A stretch of DNA of 64,000 bases from Candidatus Thorarchaeota archaeon (GCA_046758445.1 JBHIAE010000006.1:1-64000); one strand, 5' to 3'; shown: positions 8,882 to 19,280, counted from the first letter of the stretch. Program-made: numbers and translations. The notes: generated from the sequence alone by a model not told the origin.

Positions 8882-10864
8882 TTGGAGAGAAATCGTATTC
8901 AACTCAAATCTCAGGACTGGACAGCCAGAGAAGTCGTATACTTTTCGGTTTCACTTATCTTTGGTTTTGTTGGACTCGGAGTCGTCTTTGCGTTAGTTCT
9001 TAGGACACTCCATACTGGCTCAAGTCTTAGTGAGATTGAATCAATTGGGTTGCTAGCCGATATTCCTGCGCTCATAGCTTATTTCTACATTTTCCCAGAA
9101 CGTGTCAGAGATATGCGACGGGCTCGAATATCAATCGAGTCTGAGCTTGTGAATACATTTCTACCTCTTTCATCGCAACTTCGGAAACACTCAGTCTTAG
9201 TTCCACGGTTTTTCCGAGATGGAGGTCCACTTTGGATCGACTATCAGAAAGAGTATGTATATCGGGATTCTGAGGACACTCAGGTCTATGATGCTGTAAA
9301 GGAATCACCTCTTATACTCCTCATAGCGGAAGCAGGGAAGGGAAAGACAACACTAGCCTCTCTGACAGGGATAGAGGCTCTAAAGAGAAGTGTTTTCGAT
9401 AAAGTGTATTACGAAAGAGCTCCGTTCAGCGCGGAGTTTTCCGATGTCGGTTTGAACCGTACTGTTGGGTCCCGTCTGGCCCACATCTCCAAGCTGATGG
9501 ATGCTCATCCTACCTACAGCAAGAAAAGAGCTTTGGTTATTCTTGACGACATTCACCTCTTCAGCAAGAAGCAGGTAGAGAGCATTGGGTCGAATCTGCA
9601 TCTGTTTGAAGATAGGGTCGGAGTTCTCATGATTGCAAGGCCAAGAACTCCGTTTGTGAACGAAGAAATAGAGGACTACGCGAACACTCTTTTGCAGAGC
9701 AGTACCTTCGCCGACAAAACAAAAGGTCCGTACCAATACGGTTCACTTGACAAAGATGCAGATTGGATCTTGCAGGCCATTGAACGTAGAATATCCCACA
9801 AGACTGTTGAATCCATAGTACGGTGGTATGTTGGTCAACTAGGTTTGAAAGAGAGGATTGCAAAGGATTTCATTCAAAGCGTCGCAGAAACAGCAGATAG
9901 GAACCTAACTCTGCTTTCTCTATTGCTTCGAAGAATAGACACTGATAGGGCAAATCTAGCCTCTGACCTAGACATTTGCCAAGCCGCTGAAGACTACTTG
10001 AATGACCTCAGGAATAGGTGCGTCGCATCCATTATCGACAAAGAGAGGAGCTTCCTACCAGATGATGTATCTTATGTCTTCAACAGAATAACGGAAGTTC
10101 TCTTCACTTTTAGCAAGATGGAGGTATATCTCCCTCAAACACATCTTCTGAGTTTCTCGGAAATCAATGGTTCAGAACGTACTATAGCGGGACACATCAT
10201 CAATTACCTTGTAGATTGCGGAGAACTCCGCGAGGCAACGTTAGGTAGTAGGAGATTCAATCTATTCTCCAACCCAACAGTAGCTAATGTAGTTTCAGTG
10301 TGCAACAGACAAAAGGCGATTGCAGATGGCACATCCGATGAAGAATATTCTAAGCGCATCGATGATATGACGGTTGAACTGGTGAAGTCGCTGGTGGGAT
10401 TCGAAGTTATAGGCCCACTATACAGCATATTGTCTTACTGTCAAGAGAATGACATGGTCTTGCCTAGATTATTCGAATTCCTCAAATCAGAGGGGGCAGT
10501 GATGCTTGTTGACTTAGTTAAGGGCTGGCACCGCTCTTATAGACTCATCACTCTTCTTGAGGAACTGATCAGTAGCAAAACCATACTCCCCATGATTTGT
10601 CAGAAACTATCGGAAGATAAGGATGGCTGGACTCTCCTGAAGGCTATTGCTGATTCAAATGAATTGCTGGAAAACAAAGACATTCTGAATGCTATCGAAT
10701 CCTCTGCTCCGGCTATTGCGCAATCAATTGAGGTTTCAGATAATCCGAAAGAGATTATACGTGCGATAATTCCAATCGATAAGCTAAGGAGCAGTTCGTA
10801 CATTGTAAAGGCAGTTTCTCGTGCTGCAAAAAAACGATATGCCTCCCTTCGAAACTATTGGTGA
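8882..10864 (+). CDS. membrane-anchored STAND-like P-loop NTPase, N-terminal part (frameshifted)
   Basis: Two N-terminal hydrophobic helices, Walker A AEAGKGKTT, Walker B LVILDDIH; repeat region begins near the C-terminus. Confidence 0.75.
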   Translation: MERNRIQLKSQDWTAREVVYFSVSLIFGFVGLGVVFALVLRTLHTGSSLSEIESIGLLADIPALIAYFYIFPERVRDMRRARISIESELVNTFLPLSSQLRKHSVLVPRFFRDGGPLWIDYQKEYVYRDSEDTQVYDAVKESPLILLIAEAGKGKTTLASLTGIEALKRSVFDKVYYERAPFSAEFSDVGLNRTVGSRLAHISKLMDAHPTYSKKRALVILDDIHLFSKKQVESIGSNLHLFEDRVGVLMIARPRTPFVNEEIEDYANTLLQSSTFADKTKGPYQYGSLDKDADWILQAIERRISHKTVESIVRWYVGQLGLKERIAKDFIQSVAETADRNLTLLSLLLRRIDTDRANLASDLDICQAAEDYLNDLRNRCVASIIDKERSFLPDDVSYVFNRITEVLFTFSKMEVYLPQTHLLSFSEINGSERTIAGHIINYLVDCGELREATLGSRRFNLFSNPTVANVVSVCNRQKAIADGTSDEEYSKRIDDMTVELVKSLVGFEVIGPLYSILSYCQENDMVLPRLFEFLKSEGAVMLVDLVKGWHRSYRLITLLEELISSKTILPMICQKLSEDKDGWTLLKAIADSNELLENKDILNAIESSAPAIAQSIEVSDNPKEIIRAIIPIDKLRSSSYIVKAVSRAAKKRYASLRNYW

Positions 10865-12398
10865 AATAGGTTGGATATATGAATGGACTCAAATCGAGGA
10901 GTTTGAGAAATCCATAATCGAAATCGTACCCAGAATTGCTGAGGGGATAAGAGAATCACCCACTCCTTGGGTTATTCTGTCCAATCTGTCGGATCTACCT
11001 TTGCTGCAAAGACAGGAAGTGATACGAGAGGCAGTTCGAGATACCACAACCGAGTTTCTTGCTGGGATGATGAAGGCTCCTACTGACGTAGTATGGGTCC
11101 GAATCTCACCTCCTCCCTTGCTTAAGCCGGAGCAGAAACCGATGAAGAAAGCCGAGGAAACCTATGCCTTTTGGGAATTCCTAGGACCGATCTCACATTA
11201 TCCAGAATTGAATGGCAATCCTGAAGTCATCGCAAGCATGGACGGATATGTTCATGCATCTGAAACGCCATGGGAGGCCATCGCAATGATCTGGGGAGTT
11301 CCTTGGTTTCGAAACAATCCTACGATTCGTGAATCTATCATCAAAGTTGCGGAGCGGACGGTTAAGGCAATTGATTGCTCCCCAAATCCTTGGGAGATTC
11401 TGGATGACGTGGCACGGATTCCTCAACTCAAGTGTAGTATCTTGAAGACAGGAGTTTTGGAGAGAGTGATAGCTAACATGCCATCCAGCATTATAGAGAT
11501 TGATGACCTTGATGAATTCCTCCATGCTATCTCTAACTATAGCGAGATGCTTGAACACTCAAAGACAAGACACCTAATCTCTGAAGCAATGCCAATGATT
11601 ATGGACATCATAAGAAAGGATGGATATGGTCTGAAATCCTATCTTCTAGAGATAGAACAGATTCGTGAATCAGATGATGTGATTGGAGTCCTAGCTCAGA
11701 CTATTGATGATGCAAAGGATATTGTTGACCAACTCCGTAGGATTGGTTCGTACCCTAGTCTTTTGAATGAAACGCCGATTCAGGAATCTATTCAACGCAC
11801 CTTACCTAGGCTGCTAAACAAGATTCCTCAAACACCCGGCTGGAAGATAGGTGGAATCGCGTATATAACAAAGTTGGATGAAGGGAATGCTCTATTGGAC
11901 GCGATCTCAAATGCAATTGAGGAGTCTGAAACCCCATGGGACTGCCTTGAATCGATTACAGAAGCTTCACATCTCTTGACCAAGAAACCGATTCAGAAAG
12001 CAATACAAAGAGCAAAGCCCAAGATTCTTGATGCCTTGAGTGTTTCGTCAAAGCCTTGGGAGATTATGTGGTCACTTCGAGCTGTTCCTCAGATTGTTGA
12101 TTGTTCAGATGTTCTCGATTTGCTGGAGAAAAGGAAAGGCTTGTTATTTCATTCTGTCATCAGGCATCCCGAACCTTTGAGCATAGTCTGGTGTTTCTCA
12201 CTGATTCCGAACTCATCAAGAAACCTTGAGATTCTGAAAGTGTGTAATGATGAATTCGTTATAACCAGATGCTTGGAAGAATTCATCTTTGTCGGCTCGA
12301 GATTTCAAGCTGAGCTAGTTACATCTTTGAAGAAAGTGCTTTCCGACTCGCATCTAAGCAAATTCAGCGATATTCTGCTGGAAGGACAGGAAACTTAG
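10821..12398 (+). CDS. helical-repeat region, probable C-terminal continuation of 8882-10864
   Basis: Repeated xIxxSxxPWxIxxxIxxxPxL units; overlaps the upstream ORF at an A7 tract (10828-10834). Confidence 0.75.
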   Translation: MLQKNDMPPFETIGEIGWIYEWTQIEEFEKSIIEIVPRIAEGIRESPTPWVILSNLSDLPLLQRQEVIREAVRDTTTEFLAGMMKAPTDVVWVRISPPPLLKPEQKPMKKAEETYAFWEFLGPISHYPELNGNPEVIASMDGYVHASETPWEAIAMIWGVPWFRNNPTIRESIIKVAERTVKAIDCSPNPWEILDDVARIPQLKCSILKTGVLERVIANMPSSIIEIDDLDEFLHAISNYSEMLEHSKTRHLISEAMPMIMDIIRKDGYGLKSYLLEIEQIRESDDVIGVLAQTIDDAKDIVDQLRRIGSYPSLLNETPIQESIQRTLPRLLNKIPQTPGWKIGGIAYITKLDEGNALLDAISNAIEESETPWDCLESITEASHLLTKKPIQKAIQRAKPKILDALSVSSKPWEIMWSLRAVPQIVDCSDVLDLLEKRKGLLFHSVIRHPEPLSIVWCFSLIPNSSRNLEILKVCNDEFVITRCLEEFIFVGSRFQAELVTSLKKVLSDSHLSKFSDILLEGQET

Positions 12399-12489
12399 AA
12401 TCTCATTCGTTACTCCATACACTGTCAAAGAGATAAATCAGTGAAACAGATGTCATTATGCAAGACTCGTCGGGGGAGAAGAAGACAGC

Positions 12490-13332
12490 CTACTCCTTTC
12501 CAAGCGGCACCAGACTTGTGTACTGCTTCACACGCGGATCCTTCGAGGGAGGTGCTGGATAGCCCCATCGTGCGTCAATGTCACGTCCGCTGAGATCGTA
12601 GACTCTGAAGCTACCGGAGGACCATGTCAGAGGACTGAAACCGAGGAGAAGTGTCTGAGTCCGCCAGCTGGAGACCACCATGTGCTTGTTCATTCCTGCG
12701 GTAGGCACCACGAGGAAGACGTTTGAGAGCTCCATCAGGAGTGACGTGCTGATGCGGTAGAAGAAGCTGTAGGTCTTGCGGTGTTCCTCAGTTCCTTGTT
12801 CTCTCAGATCGTTGAGATACCTGACTATTGTTTCGTCGTGAACAGCTGGGTCCATCACATCCGACAGTTCTTCCACGTCCACGACTACAGCAGTTTCGAA
12901 GTAGTATGCGAGCGGAAACTCGGTTATGTGAAAGAGCAAGAACTTGTCCTGGGTTATGGTCTGGTAAAGATGTTGGAAGATGGCCTGCTTCGAGAACAAC
13001 ATGCCGGCGTCTAGCTTGGCAGGTTCGAACTCTGTAGCAGCGTCAGAGACCACCAACCGAAACATGTCGTCTAACATGTCTCCGTCGTAGCCGATTCTTA
13101 CCACATGATAGGGAAGGTCTCTGGGGTTTTCGCCCATGTGGCCCTTGTGATCTAGAAACTCGTTGAAGTCTCTCTGGAAAGTATCTACCTCGTTGTCGTT
13201 ATCAAGTACAAACATTGACTGGCTCGGAGTGCCAAATGATGATACAACATTGTCATATGTCAAGAAACGTGCTCTCTTCTCAGGGATGAACTCACTAAAC
13301 AAATCATCCGGATTCTCAGAAGAGTCAGCCAA
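12490..13332 (-). CDS. hypothetical protein
   Basis: 280-aa ORF, GGTG RBS-like sequence upstream of TTG. Confidence 0.7.
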   Translation of the reverse strand: MADSSENPDDLFSEFIPEKRARFLTYDNVVSSFGTPSQSMFVLDNDNEVDTFQRDFNEFLDHKGHMGENPRDLPYHVVRIGYDGDMLDDMFRLVVSDAATEFEPAKLDAGMLFSKQAIFQHLYQTITQDKFLLFHITEFPLAYYFETAVVVDVEELSDVMDPAVHDETIVRYLNDLREQGTEEHRKTYSFFYRISTSLLMELSNVFLVVPTAGMNKHMVVSSWRTQTLLLGFSPLTWSSGSFRVYDLSGRDIDARWGYPAPPSKDPRVKQYTSLVPLGKE

Positions 13333-13687
13333 ACATCAAGCACCTGCCAATGCACTATTCCTTGTTGTTTCTGTTCGCAGTTTCAAAGAGCTACGGCCCG
13401 ATTTAAACGATTGTGGCGTGCCTTTCAAGCTGATACCGAATAGACGGTCAACTCCGGCACCTTCGCTCATTCGACTCGACTCATATATTCTTTGCTTACA
13501 TTGGACTCACCAGACTCAGTAATACTGGAAGAATACGCAGAAAACAAGCTCACACCCTTTCCTTCTCACCAGAGACGCAGCCGTCGGCTCGAACGATTCG
13601 AAGATGTCGTTCAGTTTATCAGTGTGTGTTCAGAGGCTCAAACGGGTGAGTTAAATCACACACACGTCGAAACTCATCATTGGGAGC

Positions 13688-14884
13688 ATGAGCCAGACAT
13701 TGAAAGACAAATCCATAGCGCTCTGTGTTACTGGAAGTGTCGCAGCTGTCGAATGCGCTGCAATCTCGAGATTGCTGATGCGCCATGGGGCTGAAGTGTA
13801 CAGCGTCATGAGCCCGATGGCACACAAGATAATCCATCCTTACCTTCTGGAGTGGGCTACAGGAAACCCAGTTGTGGTTGAACTCACAGGACAAATCGAG
13901 CATATTGCATTGGCTGGGATGCACGATGAACATGTTGACCTTGTGCTTGTGGCTCCAGCAACTGCCAACACGATAGGAAAGATGGCAAACGGAATCGATG
14001 ACACACCGGTGACAACCACAGTATCTTCTGCAATTGGAGCAGGAATACCCGTTCTGGTCGTCCCGGCTATGCATGAGTCAATGTATGACCATCCCGCTGT
14101 GACTCAGAATATCGAGAAGCTCCAAGAAATCGGAGTCCGTGTCATGAGCCCGAAACTAGAGGAGGCCAAGGCGAAGATTCCAGACCCTCAAGAGATCGTC
14201 GAGAGGGTCATGTCTCTTCTATTGCCTCAAGATATGAGTGGGAAACACTTCGTTATCACGGCAGGACCCACACGTGGTTGGATCGACAGAGTGCGTTTTG
14301 TCACGACACCTTCGAGCGGAAAGATGGGAATAGAAATCGCGAGAGATGCAATCTTAAGGGGAGCTACAGTCGACCTAGTCCTTGGTCCGAGCAGTCTTGA
14401 TACTCCTCGTGAAGCAAATGTTCTGAAGGTGGAAACCCCGGAGGAGATGCTTGAGTCGGTCTTGATATTATTGGGCAAGTCGAGCACCGATTTCTTTGTA
14501 TCGGCCTCAGCGGTCTTGGACTACGTGCCCTCTGAGAAGCAAGACACAAAGATACCCTCTGGGTCGTCAGAACTCAGCGTAACTCTAAAGCCTACGCCAA
14601 AGATCATCGGCGAAGTTCGGAAGAAGCACAAGGGTCTCTTCATTGTTGGCTTCAAGTTAGAGTCAGGAATATCAGACAAAGAGCTCGAGAAGAGGGCCAT
14701 GGCCTATATCGACTCCGGAGTCTGCAACCTAGTGGTAGCAAATGATGCCTCACGAGAAGGAGTGGCATTTGGGACAGAAACAAATGAAGTGCTCATTGTT
14801 GGCAAGAAAGGCCTTGTCAAGAAGGTTCCATTATCCTCAAAGCGAGATGTGGCGAGGGAGATACTGGACACGATTATCAAGTAG
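13688..14884 (+). CDS. coaBC: bifunctional phosphopantothenoylcysteine decarboxylase/synthase
   Basis: VTGSVAA, APATANTIGK, PAMHESMY, TAGPT, SSGKMG, SAVLDY, VGFKLE, VVAND; true start may be ATC at 13655. Confidence 0.96.
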   Translation: MSQTLKDKSIALCVTGSVAAVECAAISRLLMRHGAEVYSVMSPMAHKIIHPYLLEWATGNPVVVELTGQIEHIALAGMHDEHVDLVLVAPATANTIGKMANGIDDTPVTTTVSSAIGAGIPVLVVPAMHESMYDHPAVTQNIEKLQEIGVRVMSPKLEEAKAKIPDPQEIVERVMSLLLPQDMSGKHFVITAGPTRGWIDRVRFVTTPSSGKMGIEIARDAILRGATVDLVLGPSSLDTPREANVLKVETPEEMLESVLILLGKSSTDFFVSASAVLDYVPSEKQDTKIPSGSSELSVTLKPTPKIIGEVRKKHKGLFIVGFKLESGISDKELEKRAMAYIDSGVCNLVVANDASREGVAFGTETNEVLIVGKKGLVKKVPLSSKRDVAREILDTIIK

Positions 14885-14906
14885 GTTCGCAGAAGAGATT
14901 CCCATC

Positions 14907-15269
14907 TCACAGTATCTCAAGAAGGCTATCAGCCATTCTTCTCATGTCAACGAATATGAGTCCAAGTTGTGCATCGGGTTTTGCTAGAACCAGAATCAGT
15001 GCGTGATCTCCAACCGAGGTCATCAATGTGTAGCCCTTGTCCCCCTTCACGTAGATCTCCAACAGATTCCCCCGTTCAAGCTCAGTTGTTGCTTTCTCGC
15101 CAAGGGATACAATCGCCGCACTGATAGCTGCGACAGTTTCTTGTTCACTTTCCGGAAGAGCAGAGGAGATTGGAAGACCGTCTAGTGAAACCAGAGCTGC
15201 ACCCTCGACGCCAGGTACCGTTTCGAAGTCACGAATAATCTTATTGATAGTATCAACACGGCTGGACAT
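14907..15269 (-). CDS. roadblock/LC7 (MglB-like) protein
   Basis: GVEGAALVSLDGLPISS, VAAISAAIVSLG, ELERG, LGLIFVDMRR. Confidence 0.93.
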   Translation of the reverse strand: MSSRVDTINKIIRDFETVPGVEGAALVSLDGLPISSALPESEQETVAAISAAIVSLGEKATTELERGNLLEIYVKGDKGYTLMTSVGDHALILVLAKPDAQLGLIFVDMRRMADSLLEIL

Positions 15270-15371
15270 CTCTCAGGCCTCAGCTCAGTCCTAACGGAGA
15301 TAGGTCGCCTGGTGCCACTATAAAACCTTGTTGTGCTAAAGGCGTAGCGAAGCACGGTTTTTGCGCATTTG

Positions 15372-18300
15372 TCAGACGCCAAAGTACTCCTTTGGATCAA
15401 AACGCTCGTCTTCCTCTCTCTGCCTCTGCCGCTCCTCCTTCGACTTCCCCTGATCGCGCTTCCATGAGACCACATCTTCGCCGCGTCTCCGTCTGAAGAT
15501 TACTGACCCAATCACGATGATGGAAACCACGCCACCTGCAAGCAGAACTGGTATCCAGGGGAATGACCTGATAGTCATGAAATCCTGCAGCAGCAGGGAG
15601 AGTGTATCATGACCGGACTTGATTGCCAGCAGTTTCAGATCGAAATCACCAACCCGACCCCGGGTCCAGTCTTCGGTAAGTGTTATCGTGTAGACCCCTG
15701 AACCGACTTCCTGCACAGGAACTCCTGTATCATTTATCCAAGCCTGCAGATTGATGAGGTCGATTCCGACTCCCACACGGTCGGTGACTTCAAGTGTGAC
15801 AATGACTCGGTCTCCCTCCCAGATTATCTGCTGATTTAGCGTAATATCTTTCAAGACTAGAGACGGCATGCTGTTCCACAAAGCCGCATTCTCTACGGTA
15901 GCGTTGCGTTCTGCAGCTGTCGGGTGTGTGGTCGTAAGGGCGAGCTTACCATTGCCAACTACACCAGCCACCATCACAGCATTGGTTCCATCTGTTGCCA
16001 ATATAGTCAGGTTCGCCCATACAGTTGAGATATGTCCTTGATAGTCGACATTCTCACTAAGAGTGTTGGGCGAAGAAACAAGAGGATGTCCGTCGTCCAC
16101 CATGTCAATGGTAGAACCAATTCCAGTAGCTTGATACTCGATATGCCATGGCATCCAGTCCAAGTTGCCCGAAACTCCCATCAGGACTAGAGTGCCTCCA
16201 TTCCTCACAAAGGCATCTAATTGTGAAGTTGCAGCTGACAGAAGAGATGAGAAAGTGGGCAGAGTTCCCGGTTCGAGAATGACAACCCGACTGAGTGGCA
16301 GCAGTCTTTCAAAGAGTGTGAAGTTTGACGCTTCATAGTAATCATGCTCGATTCCAAGCTCCATGAACGTGAGTGGAAGGTAGTCTGAAGAGCCAAGTCC
16401 AGTCACTCCAGGAACCCCCCTTCCAGGCACATGGCCGTCATAGCTGCTTGCAGCAGGATCAGCGGCCGTCACCCTTGGTGACGTGGACGGCGAGTACAGA
16501 TGAACCTCAGGATCTCCGAACAGAGTCTGTTGATTCCCATAGTCCACAGGATCGCCGGCAAGTGGATAAGAGTAGTCAGGAGCCATCATAACAAGAGCAT
16601 CGGAAAGGGCTTCACCCGTGGAATTTCCAGAAGCAAGTCCCTCAGCGAGCAAAATCGAGAGGAGGCCAGCGGGCTGGAAATAGACCGTTCTCGGAGATGC
16701 CACCACTCCAACGGCACCATGCTCCATGAGCATCATTGGCATCCTCGATCCGCCCAAAAGGCATGCTGTGATAATGACGATTGGCGAACCAATATTGTCT
16801 ATGGCCGCCCCCAATTCATCCGTAGTCTTAGTTACATGGTGAGCAATCTCTGCCTCATATGCAACAGGGTTCACGAGGCTGTCGATATCAGAAGGACTCT
16901 CTCTCACGGCGACAGACTCTTCAAATCCGTAAACCGCGTCAATATCTCTAAGCGAAAACAGCCCCGGTCCTCCAGGTCGGTGTGGAGGGTCTCTGGGTCC
17001 GCTAGTGAGTGTTCCGTGAGTGCTAATCGACCATAGGGCAACCTGCGATGCGACGCCGGCAAACACCTCGTTGAATCCGACGTGGGAATCAATTGAGAAT
17101 CCTGCTGCTGCAAGGGCAGAGGAGGTGTCTTCAATCTGGTTGATCGTGATAGTTCCTCCGAAGTTGTCTTGATATGACGAGCCATCGGTGTACGCGTACA
17201 TAGTTAGAAGCGCTTCATCTGCTGATTCCGCGGTACGGAACAAGAATCTGTGATGGAGTGCTCTGTTTACCATAACACTCGCCATAGCAGAATCACCTGC
17301 AGGAATCCTTCCAGCCTGAAAATGGCTCTGTAAAGACCGGTCAAAGCTCAGCTTAATCAAGTCTGGAGGTGAAAGGACCACTACAGACTGTGGACTGGTT
17401 GAATTGTATGCCCCCCGGTCACTAAGGAAGGTTTCAAACTCATCCACGGACTCCATCATTGAATACTTGTTTGGAATTCTCTCGTCATACCAACCATTCT
17501 CATGACGAGTCGTCCATCGGCTAGTGATGTAGATGTCAATCTCGGGACCAATCAGATAGGGAGCCCATGTTTCCTCGGCCCTAGTTGTCAAGAGGTTGTC
17601 ATCGCCGCACAAGGAGAACACTGGAGCGCCATGTGCTGCCGCAGAGAAAGCCGCCGGCGCAAACAACTCATCGCCGTTTCCCAGGGGGATGGTGACTACA
17701 ACATCATTCTCTTCGGAAATGCCTCTAATCTGCTGAGCTAACACCGAGTAGTTGTTCAGCGGAGTCAAAGTGGAGAAGCTACCAAGACTTACTTCAAGAG
17801 AACTTGAGTGAATATTGGCTGGGTCCACGAGGTAGCTGTTGTTCACACCCAGTTTCTGTGCGGTCCAGCTAGTGAACTCAGGAACGGTTGTTTCCGTAAC
17901 ATAGAGCAGGGGTGCGTTCATGAGAGATGCCAGCACAGCTCCATTTGCGGCTGACTCAAGGTAGGGTTGGAGGTCTGAAGGAAGCGCAGAGATTTCCCAA
18001 GACAGATTGACATTGTTCTGTTCATCTGTTGCGTCAATCCAAGCCATCAAGACTGTCCACTCACCTGGTATAGGATACGGAACCTCAATTGACTCAGTGT
18101 TTAGTCCAGCAAGAATGCTCCCTGCCGGGGCCCACTGGACGAGTCGTCCTGTTGGGTCAACTAGAGCGAGGTTCAAATCCGTGGCAATTTTGTCCCACGA
18201 TATGCTGACGTTTAGCCAATTGGCATTTGACGGCACCGTGACTGTCCTTGTGAAACCGGGATGGTATTTGACTTCACAGGTCATATCTGTGGAACCTGCA

Positions 18301-19280
18301 AACAGCCGCTCCACAGACATAGTCCAAGAGCCATCTAATGTTTTGGGATACCAAAAACGGAGTGGCACCCGTGACTCGACAAAATTAAGATTCCGCTCGA
18401 AGAATACTTGACTAAGTACCGAATAGTCCACGACATTTCCATTGGGATCCTTAAGCTCGTGCGTTTGGAGGTCCTGAGTTGCCCAATCAAATGCACCCTC
18501 CATCCATACTGCTGTCGATGGCGGCGTGAAAGTGATGTTCGCAATCGTCCCGAATGAAACAATCTCGTTCGTCGAGTAAGGAGTCAATGCTGAATTCTCA
18601 AACGTGTATGTTGCTTGATCAGATGTGATTGATGGTTGAGCGAAGCTGTCCTTCGCGAGTGCAAACACCGCAGTATCTGATGACTCCCAATCCATCAATG
18701 CCAACTGGGCTGCGATATCTGATGAATTGGAACCAGAGATTCGCGGATACATTGGCGTCCCAAAGCTCTCCTCAATGCTGTCGGCAATTGAAGGCGGCAA
18801 AGGCCCTATACCAATTAACTGTGCGGCACCACCGTCCGGCTCCATATACTCAGCCCAGTCCTCGACAAACCATTGCTCTGTATCAGAACCGCTTGTGAAG
18901 ATTAGAGGCGAAATGTATTGTGATCCCCCATGTAGAAAGACTGACGTCGGGACTGCGGCAATGTAGGCGAAGTCATCCATGTAGGATGTGGGATCATTGT
19001 GAACAAACGTAGCTCGGCGAAGAGGCGAGAATTCCCCAGGAAGACCTCCCTGTGAGGTCACTGCCCTATTGATCATCTTAGGGAAGTCCAGCCTCACAAC
19101 CATACCTGCTGGAATGATTGGAGCAACAAGAGGAGCTAGCAACAATATCATTAGCAGAACAGAGAGCGGTTTGTGGGTCTTAGATGTCAAATACTGGGCA
19201 CTCCTTGGTCGGATATCAAACCTGCAAAATCGATGCAAATCAAGCTTTCTCATGCGGTACTCTGTGTCTAGGTCAAGCAA
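15372..19280 (-). CDS. large surface protein: CWB2-like repeats, beta-sandwich domains, C25 (gingipain)-like peptidase, GATase-like domain, C-terminal TM anchor
   Basis: Signal/TM segment, AANGAVLASLMNAPLLYV-type repeats, STHG and ITACL dyad motifs, LFGDP, FVRNGGTLV, C-terminal TM with basic tail; start uncertain. Confidence 0.7.
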   Translation of the reverse strand: MLDLDTEYRMRKLDLHRFCRFDIRPRSAQYLTSKTHKPLSVLLMILLLAPLVAPIIPAGMVVRLDFPKMINRAVTSQGGLPGEFSPLRRATFVHNDPTSYMDDFAYIAAVPTSVFLHGGSQYISPLIFTSGSDTEQWFVEDWAEYMEPDGGAAQLIGIGPLPPSIADSIEESFGTPMYPRISGSNSSDIAAQLALMDWESSDTAVFALAKDSFAQPSITSDQATYTFENSALTPYSTNEIVSFGTIANITFTPPSTAVWMEGAFDWATQDLQTHELKDPNGNVVDYSVLSQVFFERNLNFVESRVPLRFWYPKTLDGSWTMSVERLFAGSTDMTCEVKYHPGFTRTVTVPSNANWLNVSISWDKIATDLNLALVDPTGRLVQWAPAGSILAGLNTESIEVPYPIPGEWTVLMAWIDATDEQNNVNLSWEISALPSDLQPYLESAANGAVLASLMNAPLLYVTETTVPEFTSWTAQKLGVNNSYLVDPANIHSSSLEVSLGSFSTLTPLNNYSVLAQQIRGISEENDVVVTIPLGNGDELFAPAAFSAAAHGAPVFSLCGDDNLLTTRAEETWAPYLIGPEIDIYITSRWTTRHENGWYDERIPNKYSMMESVDEFETFLSDRGAYNSTSPQSVVVLSPPDLIKLSFDRSLQSHFQAGRIPAGDSAMASVMVNRALHHRFLFRTAESADEALLTMYAYTDGSSYQDNFGGTITINQIEDTSSALAAAGFSIDSHVGFNEVFAGVASQVALWSISTHGTLTSGPRDPPHRPGGPGLFSLRDIDAVYGFEESVAVRESPSDIDSLVNPVAYEAEIAHHVTKTTDELGAAIDNIGSPIVIITACLLGGSRMPMMLMEHGAVGVVASPRTVYFQPAGLLSILLAEGLASGNSTGEALSDALVMMAPDYSYPLAGDPVDYGNQQTLFGDPEVHLYSPSTSPRVTAADPAASSYDGHVPGRGVPGVTGLGSSDYLPLTFMELGIEHDYYEASNFTLFERLLPLSRVVILEPGTLPTFSSLLSAATSQLDAFVRNGGTLVLMGVSGNLDWMPWHIEYQATGIGSTIDMVDDGHPLVSSPNTLSENVDYQGHISTVWANLTILATDGTNAVMVAGVVGNGKLALTTTHPTAAERNATVENAALWNSMPSLVLKDITLNQQIIWEGDRVIVTLEVTDRVGVGIDLINLQAWINDTGVPVQEVGSGVYTITLTEDWTRGRVGDFDLKLLAIKSGHDTLSLLLQDFMTIRSFPWIPVLLAGGVVSIIVIGSVIFRRRRGEDVVSWKRDQGKSKEERQRQREEDERFDPKEYFGV

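Noticed and set aside
13492-13794. 100-aa ORF overlapping the coaBC start, suggesting a frameshift
   Set aside because: No CoaBC similarity; the conserved N-terminal residues are already in the coaBC frame.
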